64,000 nt of DNA from Holophagaceae bacterium (GCA_025357545.1 JANXPB010000147.1:8361-72360), one strand, 5' to 3'; counted from the first letter of the stretch, positions 8,447-18,066 are shown. Numbers and translations are program-made. The notes: generated from the sequence alone by a model not told the origin.

Positions 8447-9198
8447 CAGATGGGCTTGGGTTTGGGGATCGGCGCAGGTTTGGCGATGGGTGCGGGCTTC
8501 GCCATGGGCCTCGGGCCTGCAGGAGGGGTGGCGCCATTTTCATGGTCGGAGGTAGGACCGGTCGTGTGGTAGGAAGTGCCATCCCGCTCCAGTACTGGCT
8601 TCTTCCCGCATTCTTTCAACAGCCTGGCCAGTTGCTGGTCCACGAACTGGACCTCCTGCGCATAGCCCCGAACTTCCTCCAGGATGTACTCCGCCAGCGT
8701 GGCCTTCCTCCAGGAGAACCGATCTCCCTCTGAGTCACCCCACATGTTCCCCAGGACGGTCTTCATGTCATCAAAGGCCGCCTGTTGGTGCACCAGTTCA
8801 TGCTGCCGGATGCCCTCCCGCAGGCAATCCGTCGGGGCCTTGATGTTCATGACACCCACATTGGAGGTTTCGCCAGTGGCATGGGTGGATCGGCCCCTCT
8901 GGGTCGCCAGATCGTTCAGAATTTTCTGCACTTCAGCCTTGAGGAAATTCTTGTCCCGGATTGTATAGGGTGTCCGCGCGGCCAGCTTCACCCTGGAAGC
9001 AAAGGCCTGCTGGGCCGCTAGGACTTCTTCCCGCCGGAGCTTTAGATCCTCGATGTCCTTGCAGCCGCATTGGGCCTCGGCCCGGGCCGGCGCCAGCAGG
9101 AGGAGCAGCGGCAGAGCGGAATGGAACCATCGGGCCAAGGGCATCAGAACCTCCATGAACGCGCACTTCAGAATCAACATCCAACGCCATGCACCCAT
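8446..9198 (-). CDS. Secreted hypothetical protein with HExxH motif and Pro/Lys-rich tail
   Basis: Signal-like LPLLLLLAPARAEA (true start may be the MPLARW Met near 9144). HELVH motif, 4 Cys, C-terminal KPAPIAKPAPIPKPKPI. Its stop overlaps the start of the downstream TPR membrane protein. Confidence 0.5.
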   Translation of the reverse strand: MGAWRWMLILKCAFMEVLMPLARWFHSALPLLLLLAPARAEAQCGCKDIEDLKLRREEVLAAQQAFASRVKLAARTPYTIRDKNFLKAEVQKILNDLATQRGRSTHATGETSNVGVMNIKAPTDCLREGIRQHELVHQQAAFDDMKTVLGNMWGDSEGDRFSWRKATLAEYILEEVRGYAQEVQFVDQQLARLLKECGKKPVLERDGTSYHTTGPTSDHENGATPPAGPRPMAKPAPIAKPAPIPKPKPI

Positions 9199-9210
9199 CG
9201 CCCTGGGATC

Positions 9211-9591
9211 TCAACCCTCCAAGGCCTTCCGCGCCACGTCCATCAACTGGGCCACGAAGGCTTCGCTCGGTTCCAGGAATTCCGCACCGATCATCAGATA
9301 GCCGGGCCTTGCGGACTGGCCTCGCATGGAGGAAAAAGCGATGCGCGCCCGGGTGGGTGGCGCGGGCAAACTGGGATCATCCCAGCGGAAATACTCCAAG
9401 GGGTGGCCGGGTTCGAACTGGAAATGTTGGGCGTGCCGCTCCTCCACCCACGCGCCAAAACCCCCGGCGCCGATGGTGATGATCTCCACGTTATCGATCC
9501 ACATGCCTTCGGACATGAAGCGAGCCTTGAAGGGGCTCGGCAGATTCAAACGCTCGAAACGTCTCGGGTCTTCAGTATCGGACATGGGCAA
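9211..9591 (-). CDS. PilZ-domain-like protein
   Basis: RRFER (RxxxR) near the N-terminus and a later ITIGAGGFG resembling the (D/N)xSxxG element. 126 aa. Confidence 0.4.
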   Translation of the reverse strand: MPMSDTEDPRRFERLNLPSPFKARFMSEGMWIDNVEIITIGAGGFGAWVEERHAQHFQFEPGHPLEYFRWDDPSLPAPPTRARIAFSSMRGQSARPGYLMIGAEFLEPSEAFVAQLMDVARKALEG

Positions 9592-9674
9592 CCAGGGAGT
9601 GGACCCAGCCTACTCGTCCTTCCCGGCGAGTGAAAGTCCCGACCACCCGGGCACACTAAGAGCCTGGAGTCCCC

Positions 9675-10124
9675 ATGCGCTGGTTCATTCTTCTTCCCGG
9701 AATACTGGGTGTCGCCGCCGTCGTACAGGGCGGCCTCAACCGCCAACTTTCCAATACCTGGGGCCTCAGCAGCACCGCGCTTTTCAATACTTTGATTCTG
9801 CTGGCCGCGGCCCTGTTCCTCTTCGCTTTGGCCCGGGTTCGGCCGGACCTGCTGCCGGACTTCTTCCGCATCAAGGGGAGTCTTGACGCCTTCCGCTGGT
9901 GGTACTTGATTCCCGGCCTCTGCGGGTTGGCCTTGGTAGTGGGAATTCCCTTCGCCATCCATCGCGTGGGAGCCTTCCCTGTCTTCCTGGGAATCCTCGG
10001 CGGTCAACTGGTGATGAGTCTAATCTGGGACGCGCTGGTGGAGCACCGGCCCGTCACAGCCATCCGCATGGCCGGGGCTGCGCTGGCGATTGTTTCCGCC
10101 TGGATGGTGGGTCGTCAGGGCTGA
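9675..10124 (+). CDS. DMT-superfamily membrane protein (DUF606/YdcZ-like)
   Basis: 149 aa with 5 hydrophobic segments. N-terminus GVAAVVQGGLNRQL is typical of DUF606. Confidence 0.6.
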   Translation: MRWFILLPGILGVAAVVQGGLNRQLSNTWGLSSTALFNTLILLAAALFLFALARVRPDLLPDFFRIKGSLDAFRWWYLIPGLCGLALVVGIPFAIHRVGAFPVFLGILGGQLVMSLIWDALVEHRPVTAIRMAGAALAIVSAWMVGRQG

Positions 10125-10693
10125 GCAAGGAAGGTTATCCAGGCCTCCGGGGTGTTGAGGTTCAGCACCACCTTGGGATCCACTACCGGCACCCGATGGA
10201 TTGGGACCAGTCCCAACTGATGGTCCAGCCGCGCCCCAGGGCTTGCAGGATCCACCCTCCGAAGCCTCTGGATGAGGGCCTTGGACAATAGTACTGGATG
10301 GCCTCCACGCCCTTCGAAGGTCGGGATGACCGCCTCCGCTCCCTGATTCAATACCCATTCCAGCGCCTTCAGGGCTCCAGGCACCGGCACATCGATTGGA
10401 TGGATCCAGGCGGGTCCAGCCAGGCCCTCCAGCCCGATGAGCAGCGAAGAGAAGGGGCCGCGCTCCGGCTCCTTGTTCAATCGGGTTGCGACCCACGGAA
10501 GCCCTGCCAGCACGGGGTTGTAGGCATTTGCATCGGTGCCCAGCACCAGGATGATGGTCTGGAAACCCTGGTTGCGGATCACCTCGACCTGGGCCCGGAG
10601 CCAAGGTCGACCCCGGTAGTCCAGCAGGCCTTTGGGCTGGCCCATGCGCGTGGAGGCCCCGGCCGCCAGCAGCACGAAGGCCGGGCCCTTCAA
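10115..10693 (-). CDS. mocA: Molybdenum cofactor cytidylyltransferase-like nucleotidyltransferase (MocA/MobA family)
   Basis: LLAAGASTRMGQPKGLL signature. Overlaps the XdhC stop by 4 nt and lies at the end of the molybdoenzyme operon. Confidence 0.75.
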   Translation of the reverse strand: MKGPAFVLLAAGASTRMGQPKGLLDYRGRPWLRAQVEVIRNQGFQTIILVLGTDANAYNPVLAGLPWVATRLNKEPERGPFSSLLIGLEGLAGPAWIHPIDVPVPGALKALEWVLNQGAEAVIPTFEGRGGHPVLLSKALIQRLRRVDPASPGARLDHQLGLVPIHRVPVVDPKVVLNLNTPEAWITFLAQP

Positions 10694-11490
10694 GATTGAG
10701 CCACCCGCAGCAGTTGCGCGGCGATGCTGATGGCCACTTCCTTGGGCGCCTTGCCGCGGCCCAGATCCAGGCCGATGGGACAGTGCACCCGCGCTAATTT
10801 GGATGCACTAACCCCTGCCTTCTTCAGAATGGATTGAAAACGGACCCATTTGGTCTTCGAGCCGATGAGCCCCAGAAAGGCCAAATCGCGCTCGACGAGG
10901 TCGGCGAGGATCTCCCTATCCAGCTCATGGCTGTGGGTGAGCACCGCCGCATGCACTCGACTGGACCATTCAGCCGTTTCGACGAACTCCAGCCAGGTTC
11001 CCGGATGCTTTTGGACTGAAGCTGGCAGCTCTGCATTCCCGATCCATTCCGGGCGGGAATCGACGAGGTGAACCTGAAATGCCGTGCCCTCCAGGGCTTG
11101 GCAGAGGGCCTGCCCCACATGGCCTGCGCCAAAGAGGTACAACAGCGGCCCGGCATTCAGCACCTCGATGAGCACGTCGGTGCTGCCGCCGCAGCATTGG
11201 CCGGCGCGGATGCACAGAGGGTAGTGCCGCACACAGGCCTCGCCTTTGTGCAAGGCGGCTTGGGCGTCTTCGGTGACCAGCAGTTCCAGCTTGCCGCCAC
11301 CAATGCTGCCATGGACGCGGCCCGTGGCGGTCACCAGCATCTTGGCGCCCAGGTCCCGGGGCGTGGACCCGTCCACCCGGATGACCGTCACCAGGGCCAC
11401 CGGGACCCCTTGGGCAGTCAGGTCCCGAAGGGCCTCAAGCCATCCGGTCGAAATGCTCAACCATCTCCTCCAGTAGTTGTCCCAGCACAT
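10690..11490 (-). CDS. xdhC: XdhC/CoxI-family molybdoenzyme maturation protein
   Basis: ALVTVIRVDGSTPRDLGAKMLV...GSIGGGKLE plus a Rossmann-like LFGAGHVG. Start is uncertain because it overlaps the upstream gene end. Confidence 0.85.
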   Translation of the reverse strand: MCWDNYWRRWLSISTGWLEALRDLTAQGVPVALVTVIRVDGSTPRDLGAKMLVTATGRVHGSIGGGKLELLVTEDAQAALHKGEACVRHYPLCIRAGQCCGGSTDVLIEVLNAGPLLYLFGAGHVGQALCQALEGTAFQVHLVDSRPEWIGNAELPASVQKHPGTWLEFVETAEWSSRVHAAVLTHSHELDREILADLVERDLAFLGLIGSKTKWVRFQSILKKAGVSASKLARVHCPIGLDLGRGKAPKEVAISIAAQLLRVAQS

Positions 11491-12316
11491 TGGCGGCCAC
11501 GGTGCGCCGATACTTCGCCGTGCTGCGGATGTCGTCGATGGGCCGGATGTCCTCCATCAAAGCTGTCCGCGCTGCGGCGATCAGCAGGGTGTCGACCACA
11601 CAGCCCTCTACCATCAGTTCCACGGTTCTGGCGCGCACGGGCACGGGCGCCACGCTGCCGAGCCCCAGGCGGAACTCCACCACCCGGCCTTCCTCCACCC
11701 GCGCGTAGGCCGCCACGCAGACTTTGGCGATAGCCTGGGCCTTGCGGGTACCCACCTTGCGGAAGAAGTGGAAGTTATTGCCCTTGGGACGTCGGATACG
11801 GATGCGCGTGATCAATTCCTCCGGCAGCATCACGGTCTGCTTGTAGCCCGTGTGGAAGTTCTCGTAGGGCACCCAGCGGGATCCGGCGATGGATTGGAGC
11901 TGCACCTCCGCACCATAGGTCAGCAGGCTGGGCGGCGTATCTGCGGCGGGGCTTCCATTGGCGAGATTGCCCCCCAGGGTGCCGCGGTTCTGGATGGCGA
12001 TGGCTCCGGTCACCCAGGCACTCTGCACGAGGTTAGGAAACTCCCGCTGCAAGAGGGAATGGTTGCGAATCTCCGAATAGGTGCTCAGCGCCCCCAGGGT
12101 GATGGCGTCTTCGGAGATTTCCAGACCTCGCAATTCTTCGAGGCCCCACAGGTTCAGGAAATCCATGAAGGGCAGCTTGCCAGCAGCGAAAGGAACCATT
12201 AGATCGGTGCCCCCAGCCAGGGGCCGCCAAACACCCTTCTCGGCCGCCAAGAGCTCAAGGGCCCCTGCGAGGGAGGCGGGTGTGTGGACCCGGCAACCGG
12301 GGGCCTGGCCCTTCAT
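11435..12316 (-). CDS. FAD-binding subunit of xanthine dehydrogenase-family molybdoenzyme (CoxM/XdhB-like)
   Basis: ATG at 12316 overlaps the stop of the 2Fe-2S gene. LAGGTDLMV FAD-binding motif and IQNRGTLGGNLANGSPAADT. The longer ORF to 12544 is an in-frame upstream extension. Confidence 0.88.
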   Translation of the reverse strand: MKGQAPGCRVHTPASLAGALELLAAEKGVWRPLAGGTDLMVPFAAGKLPFMDFLNLWGLEELRGLEISEDAITLGALSTYSEIRNHSLLQREFPNLVQSAWVTGAIAIQNRGTLGGNLANGSPAADTPPSLLTYGAEVQLQSIAGSRWVPYENFHTGYKQTVMLPEELITRIRIRRPKGNNFHFFRKVGTRKAQAIAKVCVAAYARVEEGRVVEFRLGLGSVAPVPVRARTVELMVEGCVVDTLLIAAARTALMEDIRPIDDIRSTAKYRRTVAANVLGQLLEEMVEHFDRMA

Positions 12317-12831
12317 GGATTGGCTCCAGCGCCTGCCTGGAGGGCCTGTTCCGCCACTGCCACCGCGCGCTTCGCAGCCGATGCAACGGAATCCACGATC
12401 TTCACATAGCCCGTGCAACGGCATAGGTTGCCCGCGAGGCCATCGCGGATCTGGGCCTCGTCGGGCTGCGGGCAGCGACGCAGCAGGTCCACGGCAGCCA
12501 TGACCATGCCCGGTGTGCAGATGCCGCACTGGGCCCCGCCGCACTCAAGGAAGGCTGCCTGCACTCCATGGAGCTGTTCGCCATCGGCCACGCCTTCGAT
12601 GGTGCGCAACTCCGCGCCCTGGGCCTGCGCCGCGGGCACCAGGCAGCTGTTCACCAGCTTGCCGTCGAGGAAGACCGAACAGGCCCCACACTCGCCTTCG
12701 CCACAGCCTTCCTTGGTCCCCGTCAAGTCAAGCTCTTCCCGGATCACATCCAGAAGGCGCGCCATGGGCCAGGCCTGAACTCTGCGAGCCACTCCATTTA
12801 CTTGTATAGATAATGTCATTTTTTCAGGCAT
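12313..12831 (-). CDS. [2Fe-2S]-binding small subunit (CoxS/XdhA-like)
   Basis: CGEGECGACSV, CGICTPG and CRCTGY cluster motifs. Confidence 0.92.
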   Translation of the reverse strand: MPEKMTLSIQVNGVARRVQAWPMARLLDVIREELDLTGTKEGCGEGECGACSVFLDGKLVNSCLVPAAQAQGAELRTIEGVADGEQLHGVQAAFLECGGAQCGICTPGMVMAAVDLLRRCPQPDEAQIRDGLAGNLCRCTGYVKIVDSVASAAKRAVAVAEQALQAGAGANP

Positions 12832-15061
12832 TGGATGGCTCCAGAATCTCCATGAGCCGCTCGGGCGTCAGGGGGATCTCCCGCGGCAACGTGGTGCCCA
12901 GGGCGTGCTGAACCGCGTTGAGCAGGGCCGGGGCGGGGCCATCCATGGGCAATTCGCCGATGCCTTTAGCGCCACCAGGGCCCAGCGCGTAGGGATTCTC
13001 TTCAAAATAGACCCGGATGCGGGGCAGGTCCGCACTGGTGGCCATGATGTAGTTGGTCATCTGTCCGTTGGCCATTCGTCCATTGTTCCAAACGACCTGC
13101 TCTGAAAGTCCATAGCCGATGCCCTGGGCCACACCGCCTTCGATCTGTCCTTCAGCCAGAACGGGGTTCAGGACCCGGCCCACTTCCTGGAGGGCGACGA
13201 AATCCTCCACTTTCACTTCGAAGGTGCGGGTATCCACAATCACCTCTGCGGCGTAGCAGGCCCAGGCAAAGGTCGTGTAGGCGTCCCCCTTGTACAACTG
13301 GTCATCCCAGACGATGTGCGGCGGAGTGCTGTATTGAGAGTAGGCCTTCAGCCGGCCGAATTTCTCGAGATAGGCCTTCACCGCTCGCGAAAACGCTTCG
13401 CCATCGTAGGGCTCTGGCAGCAGGCCGGACTGGACCAACGTCTGGCGCAGGCCCTGGGCCGCGTCCTGCACTAGTTTGCCCACCACCATGCAGGTGCGCG
13501 AAGCTACGGTGGGACCACTGTTAGGAACCACGGCGGTGTCTGGCTGGGCCACCTCCACGCACTCCATGGGCACCCTCAAGGCCTCGGCCACCACCTGGCT
13601 GAACATGGTGTTCGTGCCCTGGCCGATCTCCGTGGAGGCTGCCAGCACATATACTTTCCCATCGGAACGGCCCTCCACGCCCGCGACGGAGGCCAGATAG
13701 GTTTCCCCCGCTCCAGTGAAGCCGCAACCATGCATGAAGACCGCGAAGCCGACCCCCTTTTTAATGGGCGCCGAAGCGCGGTTGGTGATGTCGTATTGGT
13801 GCTTTTTTGATACGTAATCCAGCTTCTCCAGGGCCCGATCCAGGATGCCTGGTAGATCAAGAGTCTCTTTGATGATCTGGCCCGTGGCGGTGGTGTCGCC
13901 CATCTTTAGTAGATTGCGCTTGCGAAGCGCGATGGGGTCCATCCCCAACTGCGCTGCGGCTACGTCCATGTGCCGCTCGATGGCAAAGAGGCTCTGGGGG
14001 GCGCCGAAGCCCCGGAAGGCGCCGTGGGGTGGTGTGTTTGTGGCCACTGCCCGCGCGTGGATGCGGGTGTTCGCGCAACGGTAGGGGCCACCGGCGTGGA
14101 TGGCGCCACGGCTCAGCACCACCGGAGTCAGAGTTACGTAGGCGCCACCGTCAATGGCGAAATCCAAATCGAGGGCCAACAGGGTTCCCTCGGTGTCGAA
14201 AGCGCTGCGGATGCGGGTGCGGGAGGGGTGGCGTTTGGTAGTGGCCACCATGTCCTCTTCCCGGTCGTAGATGATCTTCACCGGGCGTCCACCGGCCTTC
14301 ATGGATAGCAGGGCGGCGTGCCCCGCGATCAGGCTGGGGTAGTCCTCCTTGCCGCCGAAGCCGCCGCCGGTCTCCATCTGGATGATGCGAACTTGATCAT
14401 CTGATAGGTTAAAGAGTGATTTAATAGCTTTGTGTACATAGTATGGGCACTGCAAGGAGCCCCATACAGTGACCCCGCCCGCGTCCGCCACAGCGATGGT
14501 GCCATTGGGTTCGATGTAGAGCTGCTCCTGGGCCCCGGTGCGGTATTCGCCCTCGACGATGTGCGCGGCGGTCTTCCATACGGAATCCACCTCGCCCTTC
14601 TCGATCAGCAGCTCCTTGAAAAGATTGTCCTGCCCCCAGACCACCTCTTTGCAGGCCAGTGAATCCTCCAGGTCCAGCAAGGGCGGAAGCGCCTCGATCT
14701 CCAAGCGCACGGCCGCGCGGGCCCGCTCGAGCAGGAACCGATCCTCGTGGGCCAGCAGCAGCACGGCTTCCTCGGCGTGGTTGATCCGGTCCGCCACCAG
14801 GAAGGGCTGGTCATGCTCGATGAGCGCCACCATGGGATCTCCCGGCACGTCCTTGGCGGTGACGATGACGAATTCATTCCAGGGAATCCCATCCCCGAAC
14901 TGGATCCCTCGGAGAATGCCTCGGGGGACCGGCGATCGGACCGTCGCACCATGCAGGAGCCCCTCCATCCGCACGTCGTCGGTGTAGTGGGCAGCGCCCG
15001 TCACTTTGGCCCTTCCCTCTTTCCGGGGTCGTGAGTGTCCGAGGTGGAGCGGCTGGGTCAT
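12824..15061 (-). CDS. Molybdopterin-binding large subunit, xanthine dehydrogenase/aldehyde oxidase family
   Basis: 745 aa. GGGFGGK motif, RAFGAPQ-like FRGFGAPQ, and an overall CoxL/XdhB-like layout. Confidence 0.92.
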   Translation of the reverse strand: MTQPLHLGHSRPRKEGRAKVTGAAHYTDDVRMEGLLHGATVRSPVPRGILRGIQFGDGIPWNEFVIVTAKDVPGDPMVALIEHDQPFLVADRINHAEEAVLLLAHEDRFLLERARAAVRLEIEALPPLLDLEDSLACKEVVWGQDNLFKELLIEKGEVDSVWKTAAHIVEGEYRTGAQEQLYIEPNGTIAVADAGGVTVWGSLQCPYYVHKAIKSLFNLSDDQVRIIQMETGGGFGGKEDYPSLIAGHAALLSMKAGGRPVKIIYDREEDMVATTKRHPSRTRIRSAFDTEGTLLALDLDFAIDGGAYVTLTPVVLSRGAIHAGGPYRCANTRIHARAVATNTPPHGAFRGFGAPQSLFAIERHMDVAAAQLGMDPIALRKRNLLKMGDTTATGQIIKETLDLPGILDRALEKLDYVSKKHQYDITNRASAPIKKGVGFAVFMHGCGFTGAGETYLASVAGVEGRSDGKVYVLAASTEIGQGTNTMFSQVVAEALRVPMECVEVAQPDTAVVPNSGPTVASRTCMVVGKLVQDAAQGLRQTLVQSGLLPEPYDGEAFSRAVKAYLEKFGRLKAYSQYSTPPHIVWDDQLYKGDAYTTFAWACYAAEVIVDTRTFEVKVEDFVALQEVGRVLNPVLAEGQIEGGVAQGIGYGLSEQVVWNNGRMANGQMTNYIMATSADLPRIRVYFEENPYALGPGGAKGIGELPMDGPAPALLNAVQHALGTTLPREIPLTPERLMEILEPSNA

Positions 15062-15113
15062 GCAGATCCTTGAGGCTTCGCAAAGCTAGCAGGGATGCGG
15101 CCCTGACGCAATT

Positions 15114-15761
15114 CTAGCGGCGCGGTATCACGGTGATCGCCGGGCTGGGTGTGGGACACCCGAACACACAGAGCCCGCAGCCGGTGCAAAATTCCTCCAT
15201 GACTTCAGGGTGGGGAATGCTGCCATCTGCGGTATCCACGACCTGGATCGCCACGCCGGGATAGGGACAGCGGTCCACACAAGTGCGGCAGGCCTGGGCC
15301 TCGTGGTCCTCCCGCTGGAAGGTCAGGCAGAGCTTCTCCAGGATGTGCGCCGTACCCATCTGCACCGCCCGGGGGCCATCCAGGGCCTCTCCGGTCTTCG
15401 TGGTGCGCGATGGCCATAGCAGCGCGCCGGCCTCCTCGGGGCAGGCTTTGATGCAGGGCAGGTCCGTGCAGAGGAAGCAGGGCATGCCGCGAGGATCGAT
15501 GTACGGGGCATTGAGCCCCAAGCCCATGGCCGGGCCGCCCTTGAGGATGGCATCCTGGGGACAGGCCGGGATGCAGTCCCCGCACCGGGTGCAGGCCGTC
15601 AGAAAGGCGAATTCATCCAGCGCCCCAGGCGGGCGCAGCGCCCGAGGGCTGGCCTTCGTGATGGCCTCTTCCACCTGTTCCGCCATGAAGCCAGCCACAA
15701 GCGTCCCCAAGGACTTGAAGAAGTCGCCGCGGCCTTGAGGTTGATCGAGTTTTTTTGCCAT
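15114..15761 (-). CDS. 4Fe-4S dicluster ferredoxin-type protein (NapG/MauM-like)
   Basis: Several CxxCxxCxxxCP-type motifs (CTRCGDCIPACP, CRTCVDRCP, CTGCGLCVFGCP). First gene of the molybdoenzyme operon. Confidence 0.8.
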   Translation of the reverse strand: MAKKLDQPQGRGDFFKSLGTLVAGFMAEQVEEAITKASPRALRPPGALDEFAFLTACTRCGDCIPACPQDAILKGGPAMGLGLNAPYIDPRGMPCFLCTDLPCIKACPEEAGALLWPSRTTKTGEALDGPRAVQMGTAHILEKLCLTFQREDHEAQACRTCVDRCPYPGVAIQVVDTADGSIPHPEVMEEFCTGCGLCVFGCPTPSPAITVIPRR

Positions 15762-15774
15762 TAGGGTTCGGGTA

Positions 15775-16599
15775 TCAAAGACCCAGTAGACGCAGGGTGG
15801 GCCTTAGCACGCCCCAGAGGATGGGATCGAAGCCGAGGATGATCGTGCCCCGGGTGTTGCCGTCTGAAAGGGTCAAATGCACCAAGGCATCGGAGTTCAC
15901 TGCCACCTCGCGGCTGGTGGGTGGGTGCGCGGCCCAGGCTACGCCAAGCGGCGGTGGGTTCTGTGCGAGAACCTGGCCAGGGGCGGCTTGCAGGTTCAGC
16001 ACCAGCAAATCCCCGTGGAAGGTCGGTGTGCGGACCTCCACTAGGCTCCCCCTGGGGACCTGCGGCACCAACTCGAAGGCGGCGCGGTAGCCCAGGTCGG
16101 TGGTGTCAGGATCCTCGCCCTTGATCACCGCGGTGGTCTGCGCCATGAGGCCATCCAGCCCCTCGTCTCCCAGGTGGGCGATGGAACGAAGGTGGGTGCC
16201 GGAAACGGCACCCAGGCCCGCCACCAAGGACGGCAGCAGGCTCAGCACCTGGTCCAGAGCGGGGCGCCCTCGGAATCGCAGGGTGCCCGCGGGCCACGCG
16301 TCGATGAGCGGCATGGGTTCACCCGAAACCGCGGGGTCTGCATCTGCGCGCAGGTCGAGGATGCGGCCGGGGAAATGATCCAGGAGGTGGGGATCCGAAG
16401 GCGTATCAGCCAGTATGATGACGTCCAGGCCTTCCAGCAGCGTGGGTTCCGGCGCGAACACGATGAGATCGCCTTCCTCGTCCTGTTTCGTCATGGGGCC
16501 CGTGGTCAGGGGCAGCACCGAGCATTCCTGGGGCTCCAGGGAGCCCACCAGTTCGCGTCCCAGGAGGGTCTGGGCACCGATCACCGCAAGCTTGAGCAT
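15775..16599 (-). CDS. Semialdehyde-dehydrogenase-like protein lacking a catalytic Cys (function unknown)
   Basis: N-terminus LAVIGAQTLLGRELV resembles the Asd/ArgC NAD-binding fold. Only 274 aa, with a single Cys at residue 26. Confidence 0.45.
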   Translation of the reverse strand: MLKLAVIGAQTLLGRELVGSLEPQECSVLPLTTGPMTKQDEEGDLIVFAPEPTLLEGLDVIILADTPSDPHLLDHFPGRILDLRADADPAVSGEPMPLIDAWPAGTLRFRGRPALDQVLSLLPSLVAGLGAVSGTHLRSIAHLGDEGLDGLMAQTTAVIKGEDPDTTDLGYRAAFELVPQVPRGSLVEVRTPTFHGDLLVLNLQAAPGQVLAQNPPPLGVAWAAHPPTSREVAVNSDALVHLTLSDGNTRGTIILGFDPILWGVLRPTLRLLGL

Positions 16600-16608
16600 G
16601 TTCTTCCT

Positions 16609-18066
16609 TTAAACGCGAATTTCGGCGGCTTCTGTCGACTCATGATTCTGTAAGGCAGCCATGACTTCCTTGTCCAGGAAGGCTCTCACCTGGTCCCTGG
16701 CCCGCCCGGTGAAGCGCTGGGGATTCAACAGGGACTCCAGCTCAGGCTCGGCCATGCCCCAGGCCGGGTCCGCCGCAAGGAGTGAGAGCAAGTCATTCCC
16801 CCTCCCCTCCTGTTTGATCCTCCGCCCTGCTTCCAGCGCCGCCACCCGGAAGCGTTCGTGCAGATCCTGGCGGTCCCCGCCGCGCTTGACGGCCTCCATG
16901 AGCAGCACTTCGGCAGCCATGAAGGGTAGTTCCTGGTTCAACCGGGCTTCGATCATCTTCGGATAGACCACCAGGCCCGAGGCCACGTTGCGGTAGAGCA
17001 CCAGGATTGCGTCCACCGCCAGAAGGCCTTGGGAGATTGTCAGGCGGCGATGGGCGCTGTCATCCAGGGTGCGCTCCATCCACTGGCTGGCGCTGGTCTG
17101 ATAGGTGGATGGCATGAGACCCAGGACGAAGCGGGCCAGGCTGTTGATGCGCTCGCTGCGCATGGGATTGCGCTTGTAGGGCATGGCGCTGGAGCCGATC
17201 TGCTGCGTCTCGAAGGGCTCTTCGACCTCTTTCAGGTGCTGGAGCAGACGCAGGTCGCAGGCGAATTTGCTGGCGGAGGCCGCTAGGCCGCAGAGCACTT
17301 GGCCGATGCGGTCTTCAAGTTTTCGCGTGGCTGTCTGGCCGCTCACAGGAATGGCCGGGAAACCGACCTTTTCGCAGAAGCTCTTCTCCAAGGCATCCAC
17401 GAGCTCCCCACGGCCGTTGAACAGCTCCAGGAAACTGGCCTGGGTGCCCGTGGTGCCCTTGACGCCCCGCACGGGCGTGGTGGCGATGAGATGGTCCAGA
17501 TCTTCCAGATCCAGCAGTAGATCCTGGATCCAGAGGGTGGCGCGCTTGCCCACGGTGGTGGGTTGGGCGGGCTGGAAGTGGGTGAAGCCCAGAGTCGCCT
17601 GGTCCTTCCAGGTGTCGGCGAAGGCCGCCAGAGCGGCAATGACCTCCAGCAAACGGCGTCGCAGCAGGGCCAGCGCTTCGTGGCCGATCAACAAATCCCC
17701 ATTGTCGGTCACAAAGCAGCTCGTCGCGCCCAGATGCAGTATGGGCCTCGCTTTGGGCGCCTGGTCTCCCCAGGCGTGGATGGCCGCCATGACATCGTGG
17801 CGCAGCGCCGCTTCATGGATGGCGATGGCCTCCAGATCCACCTGGTCGCGGGTGGCTCGCAGTTCCTCGATCTGCTCGACCGAGATCGGAAGGCCCAATT
17901 CCATTTCACTTTCCGCCAAGGCAATCCAGAGCCGCCGCCATACCCGCTGGCGGTAGAGGGGTGAAAGCAGGCGCACCATGGCCTTGCTGGCATAGCGCTG
18001 GGCCAAGGGATGCTCGAACCGCTCGAGCTCCGGGTCCTGGCTGGGGGGAAGGAAAGCTGCGTCCAT
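16609..18066 (-). CDS. purB: Adenylosuccinate lyase
   Basis: GSSAMPYKRNP signature. ATG at 18066 (MDAAFLPPSQ...). The upstream extension to 18171 overlaps the kinase gene. Confidence 0.93.
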   Translation of the reverse strand: MDAAFLPPSQDPELERFEHPLAQRYASKAMVRLLSPLYRQRVWRRLWIALAESEMELGLPISVEQIEELRATRDQVDLEAIAIHEAALRHDVMAAIHAWGDQAPKARPILHLGATSCFVTDNGDLLIGHEALALLRRRLLEVIAALAAFADTWKDQATLGFTHFQPAQPTTVGKRATLWIQDLLLDLEDLDHLIATTPVRGVKGTTGTQASFLELFNGRGELVDALEKSFCEKVGFPAIPVSGQTATRKLEDRIGQVLCGLAASASKFACDLRLLQHLKEVEEPFETQQIGSSAMPYKRNPMRSERINSLARFVLGLMPSTYQTSASQWMERTLDDSAHRRLTISQGLLAVDAILVLYRNVASGLVVYPKMIEARLNQELPFMAAEVLLMEAVKRGGDRQDLHERFRVAALEAGRRIKQEGRGNDLLSLLAADPAWGMAEPELESLLNPQRFTGRARDQVRAFLDKEVMAALQNHESTEAAEIRV

